A stretch of DNA of 64,000 nt, from the NCBI GenBank assembly GCA_021613535.1, contig CP075492.1, positions 15,748,001-15,812,000 on the forward strand. The letters run 5' to 3'. Position numbers and translations under genes: made by a program. The notes under the pieces are model-generated. The model did not search any database. It saw only the letters and a list, made by a program, of their open reading frames with translations, and had not been told where the DNA came from. Within the stretch, counting starts at the first letter, position 1. Every line of letters starts with the position of its first letter. Shown piece by piece: positions 37,587-50,878 of the stretch. The stretch comes from Adineta vaga. Taxonomy: Eukaryota > Animalia > Rotifera.

Positions 37587-38353
37587 ATGTTAAACGAAGA
37601 ATATTCGCCATCACTAAAAGCAAAAACAAAACGAAGTTCCAAATCTGAAAAAATGAAGAAAAACAAAAAGAAATGTAATTGTCGTTCCGGATGTTCCAAA
37701 CGTTCTTGTTATTGTTATAAATCAAATAATGGATGTGATTCAACATGTGGATGTGGTCCATCATGTCAAAATCTATTCAATCATTTGGATTATTTCTTCG
37801 GTGACGATAGTAATTGTAAACCAAATGCCTGCTTTTCTGATTATCTTGTTAAAACAATTAAAACTGCTGATCAAGTCAAAAAATCAATCGAGAAGCATTA
37901 CATAAAAAGATTATGACTTGTGGAAGGTAATTATACATTTATTCAATATACGATAGGATAAAAACGAATGTTTATGAATTTAGATTTTCGGAATATGATG
38001 ATGATGAAGATTATAAGAAATGGTTACAAAAATGGAAACGAATTGAAGATGTAGATGAGAAATTAGGTCATATTCAAAAATTCTTTCGAATGCTTCTATC
38101 AGATGAATCGACAATGCGATATTATTCATTCTGTAACGAAGATCTTGCAGAAGAAGATTGTGATTGGCATTGTTCGATTTGTAAAACATGTCGCGATTGG
38201 CGAGAATGGCACTGTGATGGTTGTAATAAATGTATGTTTTCATTTTTTTTTATTGAAATAGATTTAAAGATCTGTTTTGTTTTAGGTGCTTATGGAACAT
38301 CTTTTCCATGTCCACGATGTGAAAGAAAAGAACAAATGTTTAGTTTTTGGTAG
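37587..38353 (+). CDS. Cys-rich Zn-binding protein (N-terminal CXC/tesmin-like cluster, C-terminal WHCxxC repeats); 3 exons, frameshift in the A-run near 37880
   Basis: CNCRSGCSKRSCYC...CDSTCGC...CQN and WHCSICKTC...WHCDGCNKC; introns near 37927-37983 and 38232-38285. Confidence 0.65.
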
Positions 38354-39350
38354 AATTTTGGAACATAAAAGAAAACGCTTTGATTTTTAATTTTATTTAT
38401 TGTACAGTTTGTTTTTTATAATCATGTAGATTGAATAGGTGTGTTTATTGATGAAATTGAAAATAAATATTTATCTTTATCCATAGAGAAAAATATCATT
38501 TCTTTTCTCAGAATAAGTTCAATAATCGCTTTTCAAAGTCTTATTGAGAACGAACAGCAGATATGATATCAATGTAAATCTTGAGATTTTTATCTCTCCA
38601 TTAAAAAAAACTATTTCTAGATTCTGTTATTGTCAAAATCATCGCAATATAAAGTGCACTTTGTCAACAAAGAAAATTTGTTCATACTTCATATTTTATT
38701 TTTTGATCGAATCAATAGACTTTCCTTTAGTTATGAATTTCATTTAAGTCGTCTTTCATTGATATGATGTAAAATAAGTAATTTAATACTTAGTGCATAT
38801 TTGGTGATGATGGGTCAACTTTTTGTTACATCTTCTAATCCATCATGAAGTCGAATTAGTAAAATCCAACGAACTGATCAAATTGTATTGCTTGATGCCA
38901 TTATATTGAGATCTTTCAAAAAAAATAACAACCTTTGAATACACTTCGAGTTGAACGAGAGTTATTTCAATATTCCTGATTACAAATTATATTTTGAAAT
39001 AGACTTTATAGGACAAATTTTTCATAGAATAAGATAGTAGAGAGAGTTTAAGTCTTCTATTGACCATTTCACATAAAAGCTACTTATAATTGGATTATTA
39101 CCTATCATCGTTTAAATAATACACAACTCTTCAAAATATTTTGACGATAATAATAATTATAAAAATATATGTTCGATATATTCATCAATGATCTGTCAAC
39201 AGTTTTAGTTCTATGGAAGGTTTTAAAAATCTATATACAATGAAGAGAAATAAATTTTATTTGAAGTAATCAAATATATTTATAGTTTATTTATTTAATG
39301 TAGAAAGAAAACATATTGTTGAACTTCATCCATTGATAAATTCATTCGTT

Positions 39351-39653
39351 CTAATGTTTACTTCTATTAAACATCATAATGAAGAAGAATGTTGAAGTAA
39401 TTAAAAATAAATTTGTATAAAATTGAAAAATAATTCTTCCCGAACAAACTGCACTGGATGATCCAATTAAACAAGTTGTATACGATGCTTTACATGCATC
39501 TGTACATGTTGTACTTGCACATGTTGGAACTTTGATTGTTCCTAAATAGACTAATGAACAACCAGAACCACTACAACATGAACAATCACAACCATAACTA
39601 TTGATATTCGCAATTAAATTTATGAAGATAAGAAAAATTAAGATTGATTTCAT
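39351..39653 (-). CDS. Small secreted or membrane-anchored Cys-rich protein
   Basis: Signal-peptide-like MKSILIFLIFINLIA, a Cys-rich core and a hydrophobic C-terminal tail. Confidence 0.75.
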   Translation of the reverse strand: MKSILIFLIFINLIANINSYGCDCSCCSGSGCSLVYLGTIKVPTCASTTCTDACKASYTTCLIGSSSAVCSGRIIFQFYTNLFLITSTFFFIMMFNRSKH

Positions 39654-39965
39654 TTCTTGCTTCAAAAGTAAAATTCAAGTTTGTTCGGCTCTTCTAACAA
39701 AGCAAATAAATTCTTTAAATCGAAAAGAAAAGAGAAAAGTAAGCATATCAATAAGACTTCGTCCGAATTGATTAGTTTTTTTCTTCGTATTATTGACATA
39801 TCTCATTTCAATCACAAAATTCAACAGAAATGTGCGACCTCTTTTGTTCGTTCTCCTTCACTGGATATGAAAACGGTCTTTCTATTTCCATACAGTTAAA
39901 AAGAAGAATAAAGAATACAACATCATTATTTATTTATTCAGTAAACAAGAAACTATTTTATCGAA

Positions 39966-41755
39966 ATGCAATCGATTATTCTTATCGTCTTCTTAGGTTT
40001 AGTCACTGAACAGACAAATGGATATTTTAATTATGTAATAAAAATATTATTTCTAATTTGCAAAGATTAAATTGTTCTTTTCAAAATCATTTAGTTAAAA
40101 TTTCCATTAGGATCTATTCCAAATCAAATTGGATCAGTTCCATGTCCAGGTTAGATCATTTGATTTTATTTCAAAATAAATATTTTCTTTTCTTTGAATA
40201 GATGGTCAAAGGTAAAGAGAATATATTTTAAATTAAATCAAATATTTGTCTATAGTTCGTGCCCTGATGGTGAAACGTGTTGTCAATTGTCAACTGGTCA
40301 ATATGGTTGTTGTCCGATTCGTGTGTTGTCTTAATTGAATTATTACATTTTTCAATCGTCTTTTTTTTTCTCTAATTAGCCGATGCAGTATGTTGCAGTG
40401 ATCATCTTCATTGTTGTCCAAATGGTTATACATGTGATGTTGAACATGGACGATGTCAAAAAGGATTTGAAAAATCAAATGGTGTTGTATGTCCTGGTGG
40501 TATGAAAAAAGATTTTCTGTTTAATATTAATCTAATTCGTTATTTTATTCTAGGTGAAATGTCTTGTGCTGATGGTTTGAATAATTTTCTTCAATGAAAT
40601 TTAAAAACAAATATTTTTTTTTCTCTATTTAAGATGAAACTTGTTGTGAATTACAATCCGGTGATTATGGTTGTTGTCCATTACGTAAGTTGAAATTTGA
40701 ATTTTTTCAAAGAATCAAATCTTTTATTTTTCTATTTAGCTGATGCTGTTTGTTGCAGTGATCATAGTCATTGCTGTCCACATGGATATACGTGTGATGT
40801 TCAACATAATAAATGTCAAAAAGGAACTTCAATTCCATGGTTTGAGAAAAAAGCAGCTCTTCCAATAAATAAAAGTTTAACGAAGATTACCTTATCAACC
40901 ATTCAATGTCCTGGTGAGTTTGTTCGATTTTATTTTCATTTGAAAAAGTTTGTCTTCGATTTTTCAGATGAAAAATCTTTTTGTCCAGAAGAAACAACTT
41001 GTTGTGAATTAACCGATGGTACTTTTGGTTGTTGTCCATATCAACAAGCATCTTGTTGTTCGGATAAAGTTTGTATTACGAAAAAACAAAATCTTTTAAA
41101 AGAAGTTCATTTTATACGAATATAAATAGGTTCATTGTTGTGGAAATGGATATTCATGTGATGATTCTGGTTCACGATGTATTAAACATTTCGATGAAAT
41201 CGATGCAACTGAAATTCCAAAACAGAAAATGATTTCATTAACTGTTTTTCAAGAACAAACATGTCCAGATGGAATAACGAAATGTTCATCAAATTCAACA
41301 TGTTGTCCAAATAAAGATCAAAATGAAATCACTTATTCGTGTTGTCCTTATGCACGAGTAAGTTCTTTTTAAAAATCTTAATTCAATTAATGAAAACAAG
41401 AGAAATTAAAGGGTATTTGCTGTGGTTCTATTGGTTCAATTTGTTGTCCATTTAAATATGTTTGTGATGAACATCAATTAACATGTCAATTAAATTCAAC
41501 CATCACATTACAAAATGAAGATTTCAATCAATGTGGATCATCAGATGTTGTTTGTCCATCGAATCAAACATGTTGCAAATCAAATAATGATCAATATGCT
41601 TGTTGTACTTTTCCTGATGTAAGATTTTCCTTCTTTCTCATATTTTTTATATCAATAAATTTCTTCTCTAGGGTGTATGTTGTGATGATGGTCAACATTG
41701 TTGTCCAAAGGATACAAAATGTGATTCAAAATCCGGTGGATGCATCAAACAATAA
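39966..41755 (+). CDS. GRN: Progranulin-like protein (about 5 granulin repeats, many short introns)
   Basis: The spliced product has [39 protein letters not shown] granulin motifs and a signal peptide. Confidence 0.9.
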
Positions 41756-42084
41756 GAACTCTTTGAGATATTTTTCTTTTCTATATATAAAAAAACTTCT
41801 TTACTTTTTAACAAATTATTGATTAGAACAAAAATCAATTCTTCTTTTGTTTTTCAAAGAAAAAGGTCGAACTGAATTTGATGATTTGATCATTGATCAA
41901 TAGAAAATGAATTCTGCGTCAAGTAAATGTTCTAAAATTCGTGTTCTAACAACTTGATCTTGCATTGTAAGGTTGTGGTTATAGTTCAGAATGATCTTTA
42001 AAGATTGAAAATATCTGTTAAATAAAAAACATCTTACAAATATTTGAATTCAGCTTAAAACATAATTTTAGTCTTTATATTATA

Positions 42085-43014
42085 CTAGCGGAGATACCCG
42101 CTGCAAAGAGGACACAATTTACGTTTTTCATCTACAACAGTGCTTTTCTCATCAACCAACGGACCTCTCCGTTGGTGTTTACCCGTCGTGTATCAAAAGA
42201 TCATCATACCCTCCTTTCCTGCCCTGCCTTAGCTACTGTAATCCTTCAGGTCGCCACTCAGCGCGAGTTACCTGTCTTTCACACGTCTTTCTCCGTACTG
42301 AAACCCTCCTATATCCCTTTTCACGTCATGCATCAGGTCTTTTTTTCAGAACTTTTCGCATCTCTTCATCAGTTCTTTCCTACTGGACTTCCCTCGCTAT
42401 ACATACGACATACAGCTATGTTCCTTTTAAATCCGCTCCCACTGTCCCGCTGCAACTCTCACCCCTCGGTAGATCTGCCTATCCTCAGACACCCGCTGAA
42501 AGTCATTCTCTAGTTTACAAACTTCACTTCGACTCCATACAGGTAGAGTAGTCATTTCACTCCAGATTCAGTTTATTTCTGAGAACTCAACCCAGGCATT
42601 GCAGTTGTCCATCTTGGATGCAGACACCCACACCCAGGTCTTCAAAGTTCCAGGGAAAAACATGGAACTGGTAGTTTATCGACGCTAGATTAATTCCCAC
42701 TACTTCTCCTTCACCCACCTCTTGGAAGTGGCAACCCCCTCTCGACCTTTCGTGGAACTTAGGGGAGTCTTGTGAAACTTTTAGTGTCGCCAGCTATCAG
42801 TGGGATCGAAAAATTCCTATAAACCATCACCTGGATGAAATTTCACGAACGCGCCCCCCAACCCCACGATGACCATTCTAACCCCATGTCGACCTTTCCT
42901 GGGACCTAAGGAAGCATCGTAGAAAGTTTGGTGATCGTGGCTATTACAGCGACTGAATGCATAGCGAACAGACAGACAGACAGACAGACAAACTTTCTTC
43001 TTTATATATATAGA
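42085..43014 (-). mobile_element. Complete non-autonomous Helitron (930 bp)
   Basis: On the minus strand: 5' A|TCTATATATATAAAG, a (TGTC)n microsatellite, a 3' GCGG-GTATCT-CCGC hairpin and CTAG|T. No TSD; GC-richer than the flanks. Confidence 0.88.
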
Positions 43015-43213
43015 TTGTACTATTAACAATATAATATTTTAAACTATATTTCGATCATGAATTTCTATCTGCATCTGACACATTTTCTCTTAAACTGGCG
43101 AACTCAAACTGAGTCAGTTTGACGTTTAATGCAGTCATTTGTTATGTTCAAGAAAAGTAAGTATTTTGAAGAATAGACGTTTTTCAAATAAGTCACTATT
43201 CTACTTATTTATC

Positions 43214-43620
43214 ATGTCGAGTTCAATCGATAGTTTTATTGCAAATCTAAATTTAGTCACGACTTGGATCAATCGTGTTTGTTCCGTTTTACGAATTTTT
43301 TCTGGAACATGTGGAAATTTCTCTAACATCATTGTATTCACTCAACCGATATCACGTAACTGGTTGACATACTGTACGAATTCGTCGAATGAATAATTAA
43401 TACATCGGTAGCTAAGAAAACAATCGGCTTTACCATTCTCTTCTTTTTTAGCGTTACGACGACTGATAGTACACACAGTTACACTATTCGATCATCAGAA
43501 TACATAATTTTTTTCAACATTATATTTGATATGGTTACCTGCTTTTTACCAATCATATTTATGGATATTTTCAGTACTTTCACATTTATCAACGTTAGTT
43601 GACAGTACAAGAAACGAACG
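43214..43620 (+). pseudogene. GPCR gene remnant
   Basis: TM1-like GTCGNFSNIIVFT followed by stops, and a later CFLPIIFMDIFSTFTFINV fragment. Confidence 0.5.
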
Positions 43621-44869
43621 TTTAATGGTGAATTGAAACGTTGTGTTCGATTGGATCAAAATTGATTTTGACAATAACGAGTTCAGTAAAATGTCTACTA
43701 CCAAGAATTCAGTGAGCTCTGCTCAATAACAATGAAATCGACAGCAATGGTCGATCTTTAAAGGCAACTGAAGGAGTAAATAAAGTTCGTTCTACTCAAC
43801 AACTACTGTGTAAATACTTGAACAAAAGTTTTCATTTGCATCTATTTATGTATATTTGTTGTCGTCGTGTTATAGATAGCAAATCTTTATCACATTAAAT
43901 TATTATATTTTAAACGTCTGAAAAGATTTCAACAAGTGTGGTGAAAGTATGGGTATATGGTTCATAGGATTCGACCATTGGGAGCGTTGAATTAGTATAA
44001 TAGTACATTAAGCTTTTCGAAATATTTTGAGAGAGTAGAGGATAAAATAAACAATACAATACAAATACAAGCAATTGTTCTTTTCCAGGTCGAAATATTC
44101 AACTTGAGGGATCCGCTATGAATTTCATCATATATGATAGTTGAATTCAACTTTTGAGTTTGACATTAATGTAACAGTTGCCAGTAAAACCCCTTCGATA
44201 ATCTTTAATTAAAAAATAGTCATTATTTATGAAATAATTATAAATCAATATTACTTTATTTAATATGTTGGACATTTTTAAAACCTTTTCAGTTATTCTT
44301 TGCACTGTAACAATATTCAATGTAGTATCAGCAGTTTATATATGAGATTTGACAATCGAACATTCGTTTGGATCTTGAAAACGATTAATTAAATACCATT
44401 ATTTTTGTTCAATGAATAAGTAGAAGTTGAAAGTAATGTGGAATATGATTGTTCGCGTCGAACGGTGTACCTATCATATCTCTATGTGTAAACGAATTCT
44501 GAGACAAAAAATGAGTTACAGCAGAATTTATCTATCGTCGGTTAACAGATAAATGAGACTAATGAATAAAGCGAAAAATATCTCTTGGCAATTATTTGCT
44601 GGATTTCTATAAACCAGACGAATTACTAGAAGAGAAGTGTTTAAGAAGATCATCAAAAGGTCGAGGCATGATTATATTATAACCAAGTTATATGGAGAAA
44701 ATCAATGGATAGAATGCTTTTCTATTGACAACGTGTATATATATAATGGTGATGCCTCGAATCTTTTTCATTCTTTGTTATCGGTTTTGTTTTCGTCCGT
44801 ATTTATCATTTTCTATCTCTTTTGTAACCTCAATTTTGTCTGTTAAAACGAATGAACGCACCACCACTA

Positions 44870-46680
44870 CTCACGGGAAAATATTTAAGTCGCTACCGCT
44901 GAAGGACGCGGTTTTTTCATAATGGTTGCGGTTGTGTCTTGAAAGATCGCGGTCCGCAAAATAAACCGCACTTGACCGCGGTGTTTTTTATCGCAATATC
45001 GATTTAGCACCGTAAACTAGAACGAAACCGCAATGTTCACACCGTTGAATATCGCGGTTTCAGAAAAGCTTGATAAGACATAGATTAGTTGCGGTATTCG
45101 AGAATCACCATACATTATGATATTATATTTTGCGAACTTTCTATTACAAACCGTGATCTTCTCATTATGTACGAAGATATCATTGTTCTAAATGATTTCG
45201 TGTTAGTAATATGGTCATATTTTTTATGTGATTTTTGTCATAATGATATATCACAACAGTTTCCATTCATATAATCACAGTTAAACTTAAAAAAAGATAT
45301 TTCTGATTGAAGTTAGATTCAGTTTTTTTCATTGAAAAATGAAATGAGATGAGATAAAAAGACTTGTTCTGAAAGTCAAATTGCGAAGAAATTATTAAAA
45401 AAATTCAAATAGACGTTATAGATTAATCTAATATTATATTGAGTGAAAATAGACATGAATACATCTTAAAGATACTCAGGCAGACAAAATCGATAAAAAA
45501 ACGCGATTCGCGAGAAAAAAACAACGTTCTTATGTTGTTTTTTTTCAACAAAACCTTTATTAACTACGTTATAAAATACACTTTTGTGCGCGTGCAAACG
45601 TTGTTATTGCCTATTTTCTGTCGGGAAGAAAAAACATCGTTTATACGGGGACAAAAGTGTATTTTTTAACACGGTGAATATACGTTTTGTTGGAAAAAAC
45701 CAACATAAGAACGTCGTTTTTTTCTCGCGAATCGCATTTTTTGTCGATTTTGTCTGTCTGGGTATTATAGTCAGATTTCGTTGAGATGATCATTTGTGAC
45801 AATATGTTCATGAGATAGTAAAAGTTCAGAGATAAAAATAGACTCAAATCTGCTTTTTCGACTGGTGGAATCAAGATAAGTCTATACCGAGTAGTATTCT
45901 CATGCGTTCTGACGTACAAACCTACATATAGGCAGAACTGTAATAATATTTCAAATAGTTAGACTTTGTCGTAACACATAATAACGCAGTTCATCAACTA
46001 AAGATACTCATGAATGTATATTTGTCTCCAGAAATGATTTTATTCGAATAGATTGTGTTTATAGTTTAATTATCATGACTATGAGTGATAAATAAGATTT
46101 TATATATATCCCGTATAGAACATCATCAACATGCAAATCTCATAAAATTTAATAAAATTATAAATTAGATATAAATTATTAGGAATTATACGATTCTTAT
46201 AAATCTACTAATAAATGAAACATATCAGTTTAAATGAGAAGATTTTTTAATCACTGATTAGATTAGACTATCATATCTGATATTAGTATGAACATCACCG
46301 GACGGTTAAATGGAATTAGTGGATTGCAATCATTCGATAAGAAGTTCGAATCTAATCAGAAGAAAACAAAATAAAAAATAGATAGTGATATTTAATGAAT
46401 TGACCGAAGTGTTAAAGTATCATCTTAAGATAATGGATAGGTTACAAACATAGAAATGTTAAAGATTACCAGATAGATGTCAGAAATAATATACCATCGA
46501 TATGATGAATTCCTTTTTGACAAAAACCGTTAATAACCACGGTTTGAACATACGGCGGTTTCGGGCGGTGTAGAAAAGCCTAACAAAAGGTCTGACCTTT
46601 TCGGTACAAAATCACCGTTCGAAACCGCAAGTAATAAACCGTTAACTACCGCGGTATTTATTAAAAAAATTTTCCGTGGG
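44870..46680. mobile_element. Non-autonomous TIR element (CMC/EnSpm-like), TA-flanked, with subterminal ACCG/CGGT repeats
   Basis: TA|CTCACGGGAAAAT ... ATTTTCCGTGGG|TA, with many GCGGT/ACCG motifs at both ends and no transposase ORF. Confidence 0.6.
45475..45762. mobile_element. 288-bp MITE with ~125-bp inverted arms and TA target duplication, nested in the element above
   Basis: TA|CTCAGGCAGACAAAATCGA...TCGATTTTGTCTGTCTGGG|TA; the arms pair through GATTCGCGAGAAAAAAA and ACACTTTTGT. Confidence 0.88.
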
Positions 46681-47073
46681 TATAACATTCGTTTTACACC
46701 GTTATTGAAAGAAGTTAAATGTACGAATAAATAATTATAATACGAAAAATGTAGCAGATACTGATGTTGTATCTTTAAAAATAAAGAAAAAAAAGAAGAA
46801 TTGCTTCGACAAAAATAGAAAAGATTCAATTCATTTCTTCAAACTGATCTTTGTAACTTAGATGAATAGTATACTTTCTTAGTCTTGTATAGTTTGAGAA
46901 GCTGTTGAACTGAATATATATTTTTCTTTGAAATAAAAATTTCTTTTCACTCAAATAAGAATTTGTCGCTTGTTTTTTGAGACAGCAGGATTGGTAGAAT
47001 ATCACATCATGATTCATTATAAATGATTCATTATATGAAATTGCTTTTCACTTGCTTTTTTTTTGTCTCATAG

Positions 47074-47700
47074 ATGAAATCTTGGGTAGTTGTTTGTATC
47101 AGTGACACACATCAACAACATCGGCAGCTAACCGATCGTTTAAATACAACTCATTCGGGTGATATTCTTATTCATGCTGGTGATATAACAAACTTTAGTC
47201 GTGGTACTCAACCATTTAATGATTTCGATGAATGGTTAGATGAATTATCTTTTAAATATAAATTTGTTATTGGCGGAAATCACGAAACAATTACAACTCC
47301 AATTTTCCAGCATGGAAAACTTCTTCAAAATGAACAAATTATCATTGATAATTGTCTTCATATCTATGGTGCATCATGGCGCCCCATTGGTGACTCAACA
47401 TGGTCAGACATTCCATTAAACTCACATATTGTTATAACACATAATCCGCCTTATGCATGTAATGATACACATGTTGATTTGGAGTATAGATTAAAATCGA
47501 GATTAGATAAAATAAAACCATTACTTTCAGTTTTTGGTCATATCCATGCTGATTATGGAGTTTATAAACAAGAAAACGGAGTTATATTTGCAAATGCTGC
47601 ATCATCACCGATGTCTCGCTCTCAATCATTAAATGATCCATTAAGATTCAGAATATCTATTGATGAAAATGGAAAAGCAACCATCGAACATCTGATCTAA
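47074..47700 (+). CDS. Calcineurin-like metallophosphoesterase (MPPED/239FB-like)
   Basis: ISDTH, HAGD, GNHE, THNPP and FGHIH motifs. An AG acceptor lies directly before the ATG, so an upstream exon is possible. Confidence 0.88.
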   Translation: MKSWVVVCISDTHQQHRQLTDRLNTTHSGDILIHAGDITNFSRGTQPFNDFDEWLDELSFKYKFVIGGNHETITTPIFQHGKLLQNEQIIIDNCLHIYGASWRPIGDSTWSDIPLNSHIVITHNPPYACNDTHVDLEYRLKSRLDKIKPLLSVFGHIHADYGVYKQENGVIFANAASSPMSRSQSLNDPLRFRISIDENGKATIEHLI

Positions 47701-48680
47701 TTTACTTATAAAAAGGAATAGTTTTCGATAAATACGATCATTCCAATCTCAGATGGCTTTTTAACGTAAACCTGTATCCTAATATGTCAAAAATCTAATA
47801 TTTACTACGCCAAAATTGATATCTACCATATGATCAATCGAGTTGATAGTAACAACATCACTACTGATTCCTGAACATAAAAGTAATTCTTCGACGGTCT
47901 ATATAATAAACTTTTTCATTAAAAAATATTGATCCATACTACCTTATTTGTAATCGATACATATTTAATATCTTATTCATATTGGATATTTTTTAATGTA
48001 CTGATAATGTTTTCTTGATGCTTTGACCAGGAAAAATACTTTAACTACATTCATATTTTTACTTTAAAAATACGGAAGGAAAATCAAAAGTTTAATCAAG
48101 TAGAAAAACAATGAGCAGGAAGAAGACATAAGAACAAACGATTCTTTTGTTCGACGACCAATCAACATAGAAAATAGAAAGCAATATCGAACATGACCGA
48201 TGACCCCGAACAGTATAGATATTAAATGAATTATAAAGGCGAAAAGAATGGATAAAACGAAAAATATCTCGATAATTCGTGTACTGGATTTTCTATAATC
48301 CAGACGTACTATTAGCTGAGAAATGAACAAAAGAATCGTTTTAATTCCGAAATGTATCAATTAAAGACTTTCATTGTCATTCTTTTTTTTTCTCTTCGCT
48401 TAGAAGGTCAAGGTTTACAGTTCATGATTTCCAAAGGAAAACGCTGGAAGTAAATGTAACATAATCGTCGTATTCCGGATGTTTGTAATAATTCACTACC
48501 TATTCTCTGATACTTCCTGTCGGAAACGGTCAGAAAAATTGTTCTTCTACATCATTGACTTCAGGAGATCGATCATATAGTTTCATGAGAAAATGTAATT
48601 TATTGTTCGAAACAAAATACACTGAGAAATAAATTGTAATTGAATAAAAAAACAAACACATCATGACAATAGAAATTTCT

Positions 48681-50878
48681 TTAAACAACAGTCGAATATC
48701 GTTCAAGATTTTCTCGAAAATAAAATTGATCATCTTGTGGTGAATCACAGATATCCTAAAATAATGATTGATTATTCGTAGAGATAAAAATCAACTAAGA
48801 TAAAAATCTTACATTTCTATGATTATGAATAAATTGTTCGTGAAAAAGATATTGATCAATATTTGAATTGATTTCATCTTGATAGTCATGTTGATTCTGA
48901 TCTTGTTGTTTAGCTAAAGATGAAATTGTTTCATCCGTTGTTGAAGATCGTTTTCTTATTCGTTGATGAGTTTTTCGTCGATAATGATTCATTAATGTAA
49001 TGATAATTAAAATTAGACAACAAGCAAGACCAAGTAATATTGATCCATAAAGAAATGAACGTTGAAGAAAGTAATTTTTCAAACTAATTACTCGTATTTG
49101 AAATTTAACAGTTGATCTGCCATATTGATTCATTGTTGTACATGTATAAAAATCATCGTCTGATAATAGAACATTTTTAATTAATAATTTATATTCTATC
49201 AATCGATCATATCGATTTTCACTTATTTCATATTTATCATTTGAATTTATTTTCGATCGTTCATCACGGGACCAAAAAATTTCCTAAAAAAATAAAGTCA
49301 ATAAAAATGTCCTGGAAAATCTACGAAGAAAAACAAACTTCAGTTGGAATATCTTTTGAGATTGAACAAATAAGTAAAACTGATTGTCCAACATAAACTG
49401 AATGAATTCTTGTTTCTTCAAGCATTTCTGGTGGTCCTTTTAAAGCAATTCGAATTGTTTGATTAAATATTCCGAATATGGGATGATAAGCACTACATAT
49501 ATAGAGACCTGTTTGAAGATGATCGATTTTTAAACTTGTTTGATTTGTTGAAAGAATTTTATCATTAACTATCCAAGAAATAATCGATGATGGAAATGAA
49601 TTAACTAAACATTCATATGCAATTGTTTGTCCTTCGTCAATTAAAACAACTGAATAATTTTTCATTTCATTTCCATTTGTATCAACAAACATTGGTTTAT
49701 CTAAAAATTTAAAGAAATCGATTATCTGTTTGTTTTTCTTTCTTGTAAAAACTCAAATCGTTTTCATACAATTAACTTGTAATATGATCGTTTGATTCCG
49801 TTTTCCAACTTGATTCTTTGCTTGACAACTAATTCTATTTCCATGCATATATCGTGTTAATTTAATTTCTAAACGACTTTCATTCGTCATATCTAATAAA
49901 GAACTTCCATTAAACCATTGAATTTGATCAAAATCTGGTCGAGAATAAACATAACAATCGATCTGTATTACTTGATCTTCTGTTTGTTTTCCAATTAGAG
50001 TTAAATTAATTTCAGGTGCAACTAAAATATAATTAAAAAAAACGTAATGAAAAAGATTATCTATCTTATTTTCTATTACAAATTGTTTGAATATACTGTT
50101 GTGTTATCATAGTTTGATTGTTAATGTCAATAGCTGATGATTGTGCTTGACATTGAATTAATTTTCCATGAAATGATCTATTCGGAAGAAATGTTATATT
50201 AGAAATTGAATTTCTTAATGATTGATCAGATATAAGTGCATAATCATTTTTCGATAAATAACTAATCGATTCTGGTAAATGCCAAGATAGTTTGGCTTCG
50301 GGCATTGCATTATTCGCTCGACATACAATAAATGATAGAACATTTTCTATTAAAATAACTGGACTATCGATTGTTAAACTGGTTGGAATTTCTAGAAGGG
50401 AAAAAAGAACTTTTTCTTTTTCTTCTATCAAATGAATAGAACATACGTAAAACAGTTAATTTTGCTTTACGAGACATTGAACCAGCTCGTCGTGGTCCTG
50501 CTCGAATTTGACATTGATACATTCCCATATCTTCTAAGGAGACATTCACGATCTTAAAATGATGTTCACCTATATTCGAATTAATCTTATGATAAAAAAA
50601 AACTTTAATACTTAAGAAGATGAAATACCTTGTTGAGCTTGTCCAATAATTTCATATCGAGGATAAAATGGTAAATCTCGTGTTTTTCCTAATGTACAAA
50701 AGTCATTTTTACACCAGGTAACTTGACTTTCATCAAGAGGTTCTGTTCGACAATGAAGAATTACTGTTGATCCAATAATTGTTTCGACATCTTCAGGTTC
50801 TTGAAGAAATTGATTATGAATCTTTTCACACTGAATTAATTGAGCTAATAGGAAGTAAAATAAGAAGTATAAAAACAT
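48681..50878 (-). CDS. Kirrel/Neph/SYG-1-like Ig-superfamily adhesion protein, multi-exon
   Basis: Signal peptide, about 5 Ig domains (FLQEPED, DMGMYQCQ), a TM segment, and a spliced last exon ending YSTVV (class I PDZ-binding motif). Confidence 0.8.

Noticed and set aside
42172-42513. 113-aa ORF inside the Helitron
   Set aside because: No Rep or helicase motifs; likely a chance ORF in GC-richer DNA.
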